64,000 bases of DNA, taken from positions 9,734,001 to 9,798,000 of the forward strand of contig NC_081331.1 in NCBI RefSeq assembly GCF_022539665.2, read 5' to 3'. Shown here one piece after another: positions 15,360 to 29,253 of this stretch. Below the pieces are notes generated by a model that saw only the letters and a program-made list of their open reading frames with translations, searched no databases and was not told the origin of the DNA. Position 1 is the first letter of the stretch. Every line of letters begins with the position of its first letter. The translations under genes were made by a program, and so were the position numbers. The DNA is from Daphnia carinata. Lineage: Eukaryota.

Positions 15360-17245
15360 TTATCGGCCGTAGGCGGATTGCAACGGCTGGAAGGAGGATT
15401 GTACTGAATCCGACCATGACGATTGGATAGGAGTGGACCAAGAGTGCTGTTGGGCCGGTGCTTGGTAAGCGGGCTGCTGGGCAGGTGCTTGGAAAACGAG
15501 TTGCTCAACTGGTGCTTGGTAAGCAGGTTGCTGTACTGGAACCTCAAAGGCTGGGGCTTGGATGGTGGTCACTGCACCAGCAGCTCCGGCCGGGCCAACT
15601 GGACCAGCAGGTCCTGGGCCACCGGGTGTGCCAGATGGTCCCTGAGGTCCAGGTCCGCCTTGAGGCCCGGGTCCACCTTGAGGTCCAGCAGGGCCAGGTC
15701 CGCCTGGGAAGCCTGGGGAACCTGGTTTACCTTGGGGTCCGGGTCCTCCTTGAGGTCCAGCTGGTCCTGGGCCACCGGGGCCGCCAGGGAAGCCAGGAGC
15801 ACCGGGTTTACCTTGAGGTCCTACAGGTCCTGGGCCACCAGGGAAGCCAGGGGCGCCTGGAGCTCCATTGAAACCATCCTTGCCTGGTTTGCCTGGTTGT
15901 CCGGGTCCACCTGAAATTTAACATGATTGTGATGAATACTGATCGTATTGTCGAAACAGGTACGAGAATCGCAATACCTGGGAAACCGGGTCCGCCTGGA
16001 AGTCCGTCTTTGCCTGGAGCTCCTGGTCCGCCGGGGAAGCCGTCTTTGCCGGGTGCGCCGTTGAAGCCTGGGGATCCAACTGGTCCTTGAGGTCCAGCTG
16101 GGCCGGGTTGAGTGCTTGGGGCTCCAGGACGTCCATCTCTGCCAGGGCCTCCGGGGAAACCAGGAGTGCCAGCTTCACCTTTAGGTCCAGGGCCTCCGGG
16201 GAATCCGTTTGTGCCAGGTCGACCAGCAGGTCCAACTGGTCCGACAGGTCCGACAGGGCCAACAGGTCCTGGGCCACCAGGGAAACCAGGAGCACCATCT
16301 TTACCAGGGGCACCAGGAGCTCCAGCAGGTCCGGGTTGGTTAGAAGGCAAAGTGATACCAGGTGCACCGGGTTGACCTTTAGGTCCTGGGCCTCCAGGTG
16401 CTCCGTTGAATCCATCTCTGCCAGGGGCTCCAGGAGCTCCGTTAAGGCCAGGTGCTCCGTTAAAACCAGCAGCGCCCTTAGCTCCGGGGAAACCAGGTCC
16501 TCCTGGGGCACCAGGGGCTCCGTTTGATCCACGTTCGCCAGCCGGTCCTGGTCCACCAGGAGCGCCGTTAAGGCCAGGTGGGCCTTGTGGTCCGGGGTTA
16601 CCTGGAGTTCCGGGATTGCCAGCATTACCAGTTTCTCCCTTAGGTCCAGCAGGTCCTGGTGCTCCGGGTGGGCCAGGTGGTCCGACTACTGTAGCTTGTT
16701 GAGACTGGCTAAAGCCACCATTGAAAGAACTTCCATCACCGCCGGGTTGTCCTGGTGGGCCTGGTGGGCCAGCAGGTCCCTTAAGCCATGGCAGATATCT
16801 ATTGAAAAAAAAAAAATGAAGCGTGAATATCCTTTTGTTTTGCGATGACACTTCCGTGAAGCCATGCAAATCAATAGATCATTACTCGATGAATTTTTCC
16901 CATTGGCGCTGAATTTCTTCAATTTGAGGCCGTTCTGCAGTTTCGATAGCTCCGCTCGATGCTCCCCATTGGCCAGACGAGATCTGAGGTGTTGCTTCAA
17001 CGTGTTGATGAGTAGTGTCAAAGTGGGTATTGGTAAATTCAACTGGGCTCAATGATGCCCATTGTGAAAACGATACATCTTGAGGAATTTCAACAGCTTG
17101 CGGAGCAGGGCCGTACTGCGGAGCAGCAAAGGCCGTCAAAGCCAAAACAGGAAGAATCAACTGCAACATCAAAAACGCAATGTCCATCTGAATTTCGTTT
17201 CGCATATATTAAGGTGACTCAAATAAAACTTACTGCGGCCTTCAT
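15360..17245 (-). CDS. Secreted short collagen-like protein, cluster gene 2
   Basis: Exons 17245-17234 (MKAA), 17160-16886, 16798-15978, 15910-15360. Signal peptide, [18 protein letters not shown], interrupted Gly-X-Y domain, QQPAYQAP repeats, ends LQSAYGR-TAA. Confidence 0.92.
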
Positions 17246-17493
17246 GGCTTGTTAATTGTTGGTGTTGTGTTGGCTGATTTGATACGGCTATACGTCTATT
17301 GTCATGAAAATCAAACATGTATCATTTCAATTTTTTGAAAAGGATCTTTAAAGCTTTTTTCTTTTAAAATTGAATCAATGTTTTTTTTTTTTGTTTTCCA
17401 ATGCATTGCAAGCTTACAATTACAAATGAAGACTTTGATGTTGCTCAATTGTTTACCTCAGGTAGATGCTTCTCAATTCACCACCGACTCAAC

Positions 17494-17528
17494 ACTGATC
17501 TTAGACAGCCGAGCTGCAGCCTTTTAAA
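17494..17528 (-). promoter_or_regulatory. Core promoter of collagen gene 2 (TATA-like TTTAAAAGGC plus Inr TCAGT)
   Basis: TTTAAAAGGC at 17528-17519 lies about 30 nt upstream of the arthropod Inr TCAGT (17498-17494). A short non-coding exon with a GTAAAC donor near 17455 follows. Confidence 0.65.
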
Positions 17529-20116
17529 TGCCCGGCTAGAGCCGAGCGAATGCGAGAGAAATGTGACGTAACCCAAAGGTGAAGACGAGAGCTAGGGGGA
17601 TAGGACATGCAACGTATCCACGTAGGTAAAAGTAGAAATCTTAACTACAGAGAAAGAAAAGAAAGTGCAAGAATAACGCATTACGAAGAGACCAGGCAGT
17701 CTATCAGATCCCATTTTTTTTCCCCGATGTTGACACCATTTCCCCTTCTCTTCGTGAGCTATACTTCTCGACTCCAGAGAGTTCCAATGAAAAAGAAAAA
17801 AACGCATCACGGTATACAAGATTGATAATGAAAAAAAAAAGCTTTCACCTTTTGATGTGCAACACCTGGTTGAAATATTCTTTAAAAAACGATTATAGTG
17901 CTGGATTAACACAATGAAAAGAAGATGGTTCTTTTTTCGAATAAATATGGAGAGTTATAATAAATTTTCACCTTTATATTATTCAAATTTTATGCAAATT
18001 TTTGTTATTTTGAATACACACGAATGGTAAGATCACGTTTACTTCCGATGCGGGAGCATAAAAAGGACCTTTTTTATTTTTTAAAATGTTAATAGTTATT
18101 TTTTTGAATAGTGCAATTCTAAAAGAGGTTTATGAGCTGGGCAATTGCAAAAATGGTTTATGACGTTAACGAAGAACTGGAACATTTTACCCAATCAGGT
18201 TGTTCTCTCATTTCCTTTGCTATGGCCAATGACCGCGTGAATCAGCATATGAACATGCTATACGATATGACGAAAGCCACAGCTTACCGAAGCAGCAAAA
18301 ATGTAATCCCGGGAAGGGTGATGTGATCTAGGGTAATACCTGAGGTCTTGAGAGCTATATATAAAAGTGAAATCTAAGTTAATGGGAAAAGAAAAAAAAA
18401 AGAAGGTAGATGTACAAGTGACGAAAGGACCAACAGCCCCGGAGAATTCGTTTCCCGCATGTCGGACAGCTTGACTCTCTCTTTTTGCTTTGGAATTTTT
18501 TTTTTTTTCAAAATCTTTTTAATTCAATTATAAATGGACTGTCAAAATTCACCGAATGTTGCTCTCTAAAAACTATGTTCTTCGCTACTTTCCCAACATT
18601 TTTTCGTATTTTTTTTTTTTTTTAATGTTTGTTATTTCTCATTAGTCGAATGGAATGAAGTTGTAATAAAACATTCGGTTTAAAGTTACAACTTGTTTAA
18701 GAATTAGAACCGCGCTACATTTGAAAGGGGGAAATGCTGATTAAGTTTTCTTTCCGTGTCGCGTTTCCACTCAAGGCGGTTCCGAACTCAACTGTTTCGC
18801 GGCCTACTAGAGAAAATTGGGGGCGGAACGATTCTCGTAAATTCAGCCATTCCGAAACTCAACATTTTGCAACGAAGCCAGAAAGTTTGCCCCCAGGATT
18901 CGTGATTGACTGTAAATTTACAGACAGGTGCGAGCGCTCTGCTAGCCATTGGTAAAAAGCATAAAACGTTAAGATTAGAATTGGGTAATATAAAGGCCAT
19001 AATTCTATCATTTGGGCGGAATGAGGAACGCTCGTTTCTCACAAACCGGGCTGACAGGTATTTTCTAAATGTCATCAGTTTTGCGCTACTTGTAGAATGT
19101 CTGCGAAATGGATTTTTTTTTTTTACCTTGGGAGATTAGCAAACTCTCCAATCATCTCTCTGCACTTCTTACGAATCCTGGAGAGAAAAAAAAAACCGCA
19201 GTGAAAACGCTTCAGCAAACAACTCAACATCTAAACCAATTGCGGTCATCAAATTTCAATATCGTTTCTGCATCGGATACTATACAAAAGAGGTGGTACA
19301 CCTGATGAAGTAATCTTTTCCTTTAAGGGTACACTGTAAGGTTACCTGTAGAATGGGAAAATGTTTTTATTTCCCAAATTCGGAGATGAGGTGAAACTGG
19401 AACAAGGTAAACAAAACAAGATAATGCAATGAAGTGAAACCAGACATGTTTGACAAAATTCCCCGCCTTTTAACTGAGATTGCTTGGTATCAACGATGTG
19501 TATGATACGTCGATAAACTATGTGAGTCGACGAGCGTTTCTCTCTTCATTTTGATGTCTCATAATAAATTCGTCTCGTTCTAACAAGCAAAACAATGTCA
19601 TGTAAACAATTTTCACAGACTATTTTACTGATTTCTTGGACTAGACATGGGCCAGCTGTCCTACAGACGTGGGTGTAAATACCTTTCACTGCATTCCTTG
19701 TTTTTACTGTTCCTTATCATGCCGTATGAAACCGGCTTTGCTGTAGAAAAAAAGAAAGCCAAACGGGCAAAAGAGGACGCAAAGAAGAGGACACGACAGT
19801 TTAGCATATCTTGTCTACCAATAGATTTTTCATTTCTGTTGTGTTTTTTTTTTCGTAAAACAATTGCAATGATTTGATGACATGTTGCACATGATTTTCG
19901 CGAATGATATAGGGTTCTTTATATTTTCAAAGGCTCGCAAAATGATCTTTGTTCAATTTACACAAGCACTTTGCAAGAAACAAAAATAAAAATATATCTG
20001 TGAATGTGTTGATGAGTCTTTCGTTAATATGAACATGCCGAACAGTTCTAGGGCATTAAAGCTGGTTGGGAAAATTGGTGGCACGTTATCAGCTTGGATG
20101 AGCTAACATTAACCAC

Positions 20117-21628
20117 TTAATAGTAGCCTTGTTTGTAGACTGGGGCGTTGTTGTATGGAACAGGTCCGGGGGGTCCAGGGCGACCAACGGGTCCAACAGG
20201 TCCAGGAGCTCCATTATCGCCAGCTTTGCCAACTGGTCCGACGGGGCCGACTGGGCCAACGGGACCAACGGGGCCAGTTGCTCCAGGGTAGCCAGCAGGG
20301 CCGGTTTTACCTTCTGGTCCAGCAGGGCCAACAGGGCCAACTGGGCCTACTGGGCCAGGGCCGCCAGGGTATCCAGTAGGTCCTTGTTTGCCTTGAGAGC
20401 CTTGAGGTCCAGGACCTCCAGGGGCTCCTGCGGGACCAGGGCCGCCGGGGTAGCCATCCTTACCTGGTTTACCTTGTTCTCCTTGTGGGCCTACAATGCA
20501 TTAACACAATGTACTTCATCGTTATTAATTACAGTTTTAAACAACCACATACCTGGGGCACCTGGAGCGCCATTAAGTCCGTCTTTTCCTGGGCCACCGG
20601 GCAAGCCGTTAACACCGTCTTTTCCAGAAGCGCCGTTGTAACCTGGAGGACCAGCGGGTCCTCGGGGTCCGACAGGGCCGTTGCTACCAGGGGCACCGTT
20701 CAGTCCGTCTTTGCCTGGGGCTCCGTTGTAGCCAGGAGTGCCGGGTTCGCCCTTAGGACCAGGTCCGCCAGGGTAACCAGGAGCACCATCTTTGCCAGCA
20801 GGTCCTTGAGGTCCACGGGGTCCAGCAGGTCCAACGGGTCCAGTTGCACCGGGTGCACCAGGAGCTCCATCTTTGCCGGGGTATCCAGGTGCGCCAACGG
20901 GTCCAGGGATCTTGGATTGAACAGTGACACCAGGTGCACCAGCTTCTCCTTTAGGTCCAGCAGGTCCAGGTGCTCCGTTGTATCCGTCTTTGCCAGGGGC
21001 TCCAGGGGCTCCGTTAAGGCCTGGGGCTCCGTTGAATCCAGCTTCTCCCTTAGCTCCGGGGTAGCCAGGGGCTCCAGTGGCTCCTGGGGCTCCATCAGCA
21101 CCTCGTGCACCGGGCTCTCCTTGAGCACCTGGAGCACCATCAGCACCAGGTTTTCCTTCAGCTCCAGGAGCGCCATTGGCTCCTGGGGCACCAGTGTCTC
21201 CCTTTTCGCCTTTAGGTCCAGCATAACCCTGTGGGCCTGGTTGGCCTGGAGGTCCAGCGACGTATTTAGCATCACCATAGCTAGCTGCTCCAGGAGCTCC
21301 AGCTGGACCTTGAGGTCCTTGGGGTCCAGCAGGTCCTCTCAACCACGGAAGGTACCTTAATTATAAGATGCAAATTTTATGACATGTCGTTTTTGAATTC
21401 TTTTTGATTGCAACTTACTCAAGGAAGCGTTCCCATTGCTTTTGAATCTCCTGAAGCTCGTAGTTGTCAACGGATGAAATCTGTGCACGTTGATATTGGG
21501 GAGCAGCTAATGCGGCCGCGAAGAGGCATGTTAGAACGATAGCCTAAAAACAACACGAAAACATAATTCAACAAATGATGTCACGTGTTCCTCGACGTTC
21601 GTTTCGATCAACTTACAACTGCCTTCAT
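20117..21628 (-). CDS. Secreted short collagen-like protein, cluster gene 3
   Basis: Exons 21628-21617 (MKAV), 21543-21419, 21355-20553, 20490-20117. Signal peptide, [18 protein letters not shown], Gly-X-Y domain, ends [11 protein letters not shown]. Confidence 0.92.
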
Positions 21629-21876
21629 GATTGTCTGAATGGAGATACTTCCAAAGTAAAAAGTTTGTTGTAAAGGTCGACTTCTGAAAGCAAAACGGAT
21701 ATTGTTTAAAATGTGTATAGTTAAATGGCAGCAATGAACGGAAATGGAAAAAACTAAATCACTTGTTTGGATTCTTCTTTAATTAAGTTTCAATAACAAA
21801 TTGGGTTGTTAAAGATGGCGAAAGAAAAACTGTCCTACCTTTAGAACTGCTGTTTCTTTTTTCGCTGCTGGACGAA

Positions 21877-21913
21877 TGCTGATTAGAAAAAGGGTGATGG
21901 CGTGCCTTTTAAA
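21877..21913 (-). promoter_or_regulatory. Core promoter of collagen gene 3
   Basis: TTTAAAAGGC at 21913-21904, Inr-like TCAGCA at 21882-21877, then an AG|GTAGG donor near 21838. Confidence 0.6.
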
Positions 21914-23904
21914 CCATCGAGTGCTCCAATTGAAAGCGATAGAAAATTGAACCAGTCACGAAAACACACCCGCTAAACTTGTAAATGCAAGGCCATAAAC
22001 AGGTTGACGGGCTAAAGCAAAATCTGTTCTGCAGTCACTCACAGAAAGTGAAAGGTTAACATCATAAATGTATCAAACGAATACAATACTTTATAGGAAT
22101 CAGAGTGAAAGGCCGATAGTGGAAACAAACAAGCGCGTTATCTGTTTTATATGCACAGTTGATCTTGATTACCCAAACCTGCTTGCCAACGACATGAAGA
22201 TTGCTTTCTTTCTTCTTGGCAATTCTCATCTGTCCAGATTGAGGCTTAAAGATACATATACTTGAGGGGAATTCCGAAAGATCTTTTGCAATTTAAATAT
22301 TATTCATTGACAGTAACGTGTTGCCTGACCGTTGTCCCTTGTCCGTAAGTAAAGAAAGGCCTGTTTCAACGCGAGTAGAAAGTAAATTAGCGAAAAAATT
22401 AAAGGCGTAATGATTGCTGTGATTGCTGGTGGTCCGATTTCTTTTAATGAGATGACGTGAAATAGCATTGTGCTGTGTGTGTTGTGGGAGAAAGTGCATT
22501 GTTATTCTTAGATAAAAAAAAAAATTAAAAAGCTGCCCAACCTTCTTTCACCTGTTGGAAGAGCTACTCGTCAAGCCACTCCGTTTCAACATCCTTTGTT
22601 TTCTTTCGGATTTTTTGTGCTGATTAATCTTCTGAAATAGGGCGTGTTTGTAACGGAGTCATCTTAGAAATAACTATAGTTTAGTATTAAAGCGCGTAGT
22701 TGTCTTTAACGCGGTGAAGCTGCCAGTAATTAATGAAAAACTATGGGATGGCGGGGAATTTCAGTTGGCATTGAATTGAAATTTCATGGTGACAATCAAT
22801 CTCCATTGATAAGGGCACAGTCCACCTGTGATTCATAGTTTATGGGTCCTTCAAACTCAGAGTGGATACGAAGGGACAATTTTAATCCCATTTTATTTAA
22901 GACTGGTTGATTACTGGTAAAACTAATATCTTATTCGGAATCAGCGTTTAATTTTGGTTATGGAAAATTAAGTTTAATCGAATTCCAAGTCATTCAAGTT
23001 TTTGCACAAAAGTCGGGCTTAAATTTGGTCTCGTTTGGATTTCACATAAGATCGAAATACAATTAATTATGCACGATTTCCATTCAAAATTAAACGAGGA
23101 TCACGAAAATCGACTTAGTTTTTACTTGTGACTTATAGTTTTTGAGCTATTTGGTTTTTCCAAAAAGTGGGTCAAATGGCGTTCCGCGCATTTCAACACG
23201 AGCTCTTGCATGCAAATTCATCGTGTCTCAAAGTTCTTTTGCTCTTTACATCAAGTTAGGTGCTACCGTAATATGACTGGTATGAATTCCAAAGTAACCA
23301 ATTAAACCATATTGCGAAAAACCAACACGGGCCACGTTAATAATATGGTTGAGCAACCCTTACACGAAACTATTTCCGTTTTCTATCTCTGTGAAGCAAA
23401 AGGGCTTTCACAATGTAGATGCATAATAAGGGAATTCTTCGTTAAGATACGGGTGTTTTGGCCTTTCAAAAGCGGGCATTCAAAATCCTATATGACAGCG
23501 AGCATCAAGCAAGAACATTTCTGTTTTGCTTTCTCATGTGATGAAACTCACATCAGAGCCAACTAACACCCGTTATAACCATTTTTAGTGTATGCTACTT
23601 GTTCGTGTGATTTCTGGTTTGCTAGCATGTTTAGACTTTCTTCGAGTATCGCAGTTACTTTCTCTATATAAAATTTTTGTTTTGTTTCGGAAAGTAAAAG
23701 TTGCAGTAGCACCATTATGTTGTACATGTTTGTATATTAAAAAGCACTTCACATTTTTCAGTGTACATCAATTAACTTTGAAAATGGAAGTGATCATTTT
23801 ATGACGTGAGGAATGTAGAATTATTAGCAATATAGTTTCTTCTTAAGAGGTGTTCGTTTGAATGTACAAACGCTGACGTTCAGCCGTTAGTTCAGTGAGA
23901 CAGT

Positions 23905-25670
23905 TTATCGTCCGTAGGCGGATTGCAATGGCTGGAATGAGGACTGAGCGGGAGCCGACCACGACGACTGAACTGGGGCGGACCAAGATTGCTGTTGGGC
24001 CGGTGCTTGGTAAGCGGGCTGATGGGCAGGGGCTTGGTAAGCGGGTTGCTCAACTGCAACTGGGTAGGCTGGGGCTTGAACGGTGGTCACGGCACCAGCA
24101 GCACCGGCCGGGCCAGCTGGGCCAGCAGGTCCTGGGGCACCGGATGTGCCAGCTGGTCCTTGAGGTCCTGGTCCTCCTTGGGGTCCAGGTCCTCCTTGAG
24201 GTCCAGCTGGGCCAGGGCCGCCGGGGAAGCCCGGTGCACCTGGTTTACCTTGTGGTCCCGGTCCTCCTTGAGGTCCAGCTGGTCCTGGGCCACCAGGGCC
24301 GCCAGGGGCGCCAGGAGCACCGGGTTTACCTTGAGGTCCTACAGGTCCTGGGCCACCAGGGAAACCTGGGGCTCCTGGGCCTCCGTTAAGACCGTCCTTT
24401 CCAGGTTTGCCTGGTTGTCCGGGTGCGCCTAAATTTAAAGATAAAAGAATTAGGTAAGTCAAACATTATGCGAGGACGTACGAGTTCGAATACCTGGGAA
24501 GCCAGGTCCACCGGGGAGTCCGTCTTTGCCTGGAGCACCGGGACCGCCAGGGAAACCATCTTTGCCAGGAGCGCCGTTAAAGCCAGGTGGTCCTTGAGGT
24601 CCTTGTGGGCCAGGTGGGCCGGGTTGTCTGCTTGGTGCGCCGGGTAGACCATCCTTGCCAGGGGCTCCAGAGAAGCCAGGGGTTCCAGCTTCTCCTTTAG
24701 GGCCAGGGCCTCCAGGGAATCCATTGCCGCCAGGTCTACCGGCAGGTCCAACTGGTCCTTGAGGTCCTTGGGGTCCAGCGGGTCCAGGGCCACCTGGGAA
24801 GCCAGGAGCTCCATCTTTACCAGGGGCACCAGGGGCACCAGCAGGTCCGGGTTGGTTGGAGGGCAACGTGATACCAGGAGCGCCAGGTTCGCCTTTAGGT
24901 CCTGGGAATCCAGGTGATCCGTTGAAACCGTCTTTGCCAGGGGCTCCAGGAGCTCCGTTAAGGCCAGGTGCTCCGTTGAGACCAGCAGCGCCCTTAGCTC
25001 CGGGGAAACCAGGTCCTCCTGGGGCACCAGGGGCTCCGTTTGATCCACGTTCGCCAGCCGGTCCAGGTCCACCAGGCGCGCCATTGAGGCCAGCTGGTCC
25101 TTGTGGTCCGGGGTTGCCGGGAGTTCCGGGATTGCCAGCATTTCCAGTTTCGCCTTTAGGTCCAGCAGGTCCTGGTGGGCCCGGTGGGCCAGGAGGTCCT
25201 ACTACTGTGGTTTGTTGAGGTTGGCTATAGCTGCCACCATAACCACCACCAGAACTTCCGCCTGCACCAGGGAGACCAGGTGGGCCTGGTGGACCAGCAG
25301 GTCCCTTCAGCCAAGGCAGGTACCTTTAACCAAAGAACACATTAGTTATTTTGCAAATTGCTATGGGATAAACTGATCATTTTGAAACTTACTCGATGAA
25401 TTTAGCCCATTGTCGCTGGATTTCTTCAATTTGGGGTCTTTCCTCAGCAGGGTAAGCGTTGACATTGTTTCCATAAGGGTTAAGTGATGCCCACTGTTCA
25501 GCCGAGACTTGAGGGGCTGGCTCTACTGCCTGTGGAGCAGGTCCATACTGCGGAGCAGCGACCGCCATCGCAACCAAAACCGGAAGAATTGCCTAATAAT
25601 TTAAATTGAATTTGTTTAACTTCCATCCAAGCTGACTTCTGAAAAACTATCTACTTACTACTGCCTTCAT
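23905..25670 (-). CDS. Secreted short collagen-like protein, cluster gene 4 (close paralogue of gene 2)
   Basis: Exons 25670-25659 (MKAV), 25592-25393, 25323-24494, 24428-23905. [18 protein letters not shown], Gly-X-Y domain, QPAYQAP repeats, ends LQSAYGR-TAA. Same intron positions as gene 2. Confidence 0.92.
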
Positions 25671-26244
25671 GGCGAACTGTTTTATCGGCCGCTTTGCCTT
25701 GACTGATGAATTCCAACGTCTAGAAGCAAAACAAAATATTAGCACATTTCATCTCATTCATTTCCTTATAACTATCATTTAAATGAATCTAGTGCACTAA
25801 TTGTTTCTAACGAACTCAGGGGGCGTGGGCAGAAGCTGCGTGCATCTGCCGATGGCAAGTCAAGCATTAACCTACTTTCGCTTTCTCCCGAACTTTGAGG
25901 TCTACGAACCTCAGACAGCCGAACGAGAAAGTAATGGAAATGAAATCATGACATGACTCTTTAACTGCAAGGCCATATTGATTTCGATTTCAATATTGTT
26001 TGATTCAATAATCAATGTTTTTTTTTTTGTCATACTAATGAGTTACAACGAAAAAAATATGCGCAATAAGAGCAATGCGCATTTAATGATTAATTTTCGT
26101 GATATACATCTACGGCTAGCGAGAAGCCAGCCCAAATTGAAATCGTAGATTTAAAATGAATACTTTTAAGAAGTTCAGATATGATATTTGGAAATGAAGC
26201 TCCTACCTTTCCAAAGATGTTTCTCAAAGCACAGACGGCTGAAT

Positions 26245-26279
26245 ACTGACCATTGACGGCCGGACGTGGGCCTTTTAAA
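26245..26279 (-). promoter_or_regulatory. Core promoter of collagen gene 4
   Basis: TTTAAAAGGC at 26279-26270, Inr TCAGT at 26249-26245, then an AG|GTAGG donor near 26206. Confidence 0.65.
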
Positions 26280-27282
26280 CACGCGCGCGGTCTAGTGAAG
26301 GTGAAAGAAGAAAACGAAATTCACCGGTAACATCCCGATGCGCCTGTTAGACAGACAGGCCTTGAGGGCGGATGAGAGCTGGGCGAATCACACTATCTTC
26401 CGTATTGTGTGCTGTGGCGTTGTTTAACATAAAAGTGAAAGGTTAAGGAAGATGGGAGAAAGGAAAGAAAGGGGTGTAGACATAAGCAACAAAACGAACG
26501 AATAGAATCAGAGAACCTTATACCTAACTGGACAGTAACCGATGCATACGTGACCCAAATCTCTTCTTTCTTCGAAAATTACCTCTTTCAGTCGGCTGTC
26601 GGAACTCAACGGGCAACAGGATCTCTTTTCGTTGCCAAATAAAGCATTTTACGATTCAATTTTGGTATTTTGGTTTCGCGACTTCCTTTTAGCAAGACCC
26701 GCTCTTTTATCACCGATCGGCTGTTTGACGGTAGCGTCAAATACAATCAAAATTTAGCGCTGAAATACAAGAACGTGGACAGCCTGCATATAACTCAATG
26801 GTTGCAGTATAAAAGTATTTGAATTTGCTTTCAAATGTTGCTGATTTTTCCCAAAGGAAATTCTTTCGTTATTTTACTTCCAACTACCCTTAGAAAGAGT
26901 TTCCTCTTTGAAAAAAAAAAGGAAAAGAAACTTGTCGTGCACTTATTTCGCTAATCTCGCTTTCTAACGTCATTTTCCGACAAGCGAATTCTTTTGTACA
27001 CGAAATACAAAATATGGCCCGGGGTTCTTAAATGATGGATATGCAACCCTCCCAGTTCTATGTCGGCGTATAACATCATGCAATCAACTAAACTGGGTAT
27101 GTGAACCAGACGGTGAAAGCGATGGTTGGGGTTCGTTTAGTCTTGAAACTACCAGGCGGTTCGTAGCCAGTGGCGCCTCGAGATCTTTTAACGGAAAGCC
27201 CACGATGTGGAAACAAGAGTTCATCAGGGCTGTTGATGCTAGTAAGACTCTATTGCGATTTCTCTGTTATTACAGCTGGGGC

Positions 27283-28865
<1,583 letters not shown>

Positions 28866-29253
28866 CTTTCCATACAATAATACCACATAAACAACGGTGC
28901 GGATGGCGTTGGTCATTTGTTCTGCCATGGAAACTTTCGAATTTGATTCGAGTAATTGACCTTAAAGATTTTGCTATATTTAGACTTTGTATTTATTTGT
29001 TACATGAAATCTGTACTAAAACCTTAAAAAATAATAGAATAAAAAATAAATGTCTATGTTTCTAGGCCAATACACTAGCAAAAACAGTTGATTCGCCGAC
29101 GTTCCGCCGAATGTTCCATGGCCATAGAACACTCGAGCCCTTGTTTACAGACCAATGCGTTCTCATCAAACAACAATCCTCGTATGGCTGGCATCCTTCA
29201 AAGCTAGAATTTCATGGTGATCTTGTGTAATTGTGTAATTTTGTGGTGAAACC

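Noticed and set aside
13990..23030. Short shared motif (TCGGGCTTAAA) at about 14.0 kb and 23.0 kb as a transposon remnant
   Set aside because: Too short; no terminal repeats, target-site duplications or transposase seen.
8696..25376. Many long plus-strand and alternative-frame ORFs over the collagen genes
   Set aside because: Shadow ORFs caused by the stop-poor Gly-Pro codon pattern.
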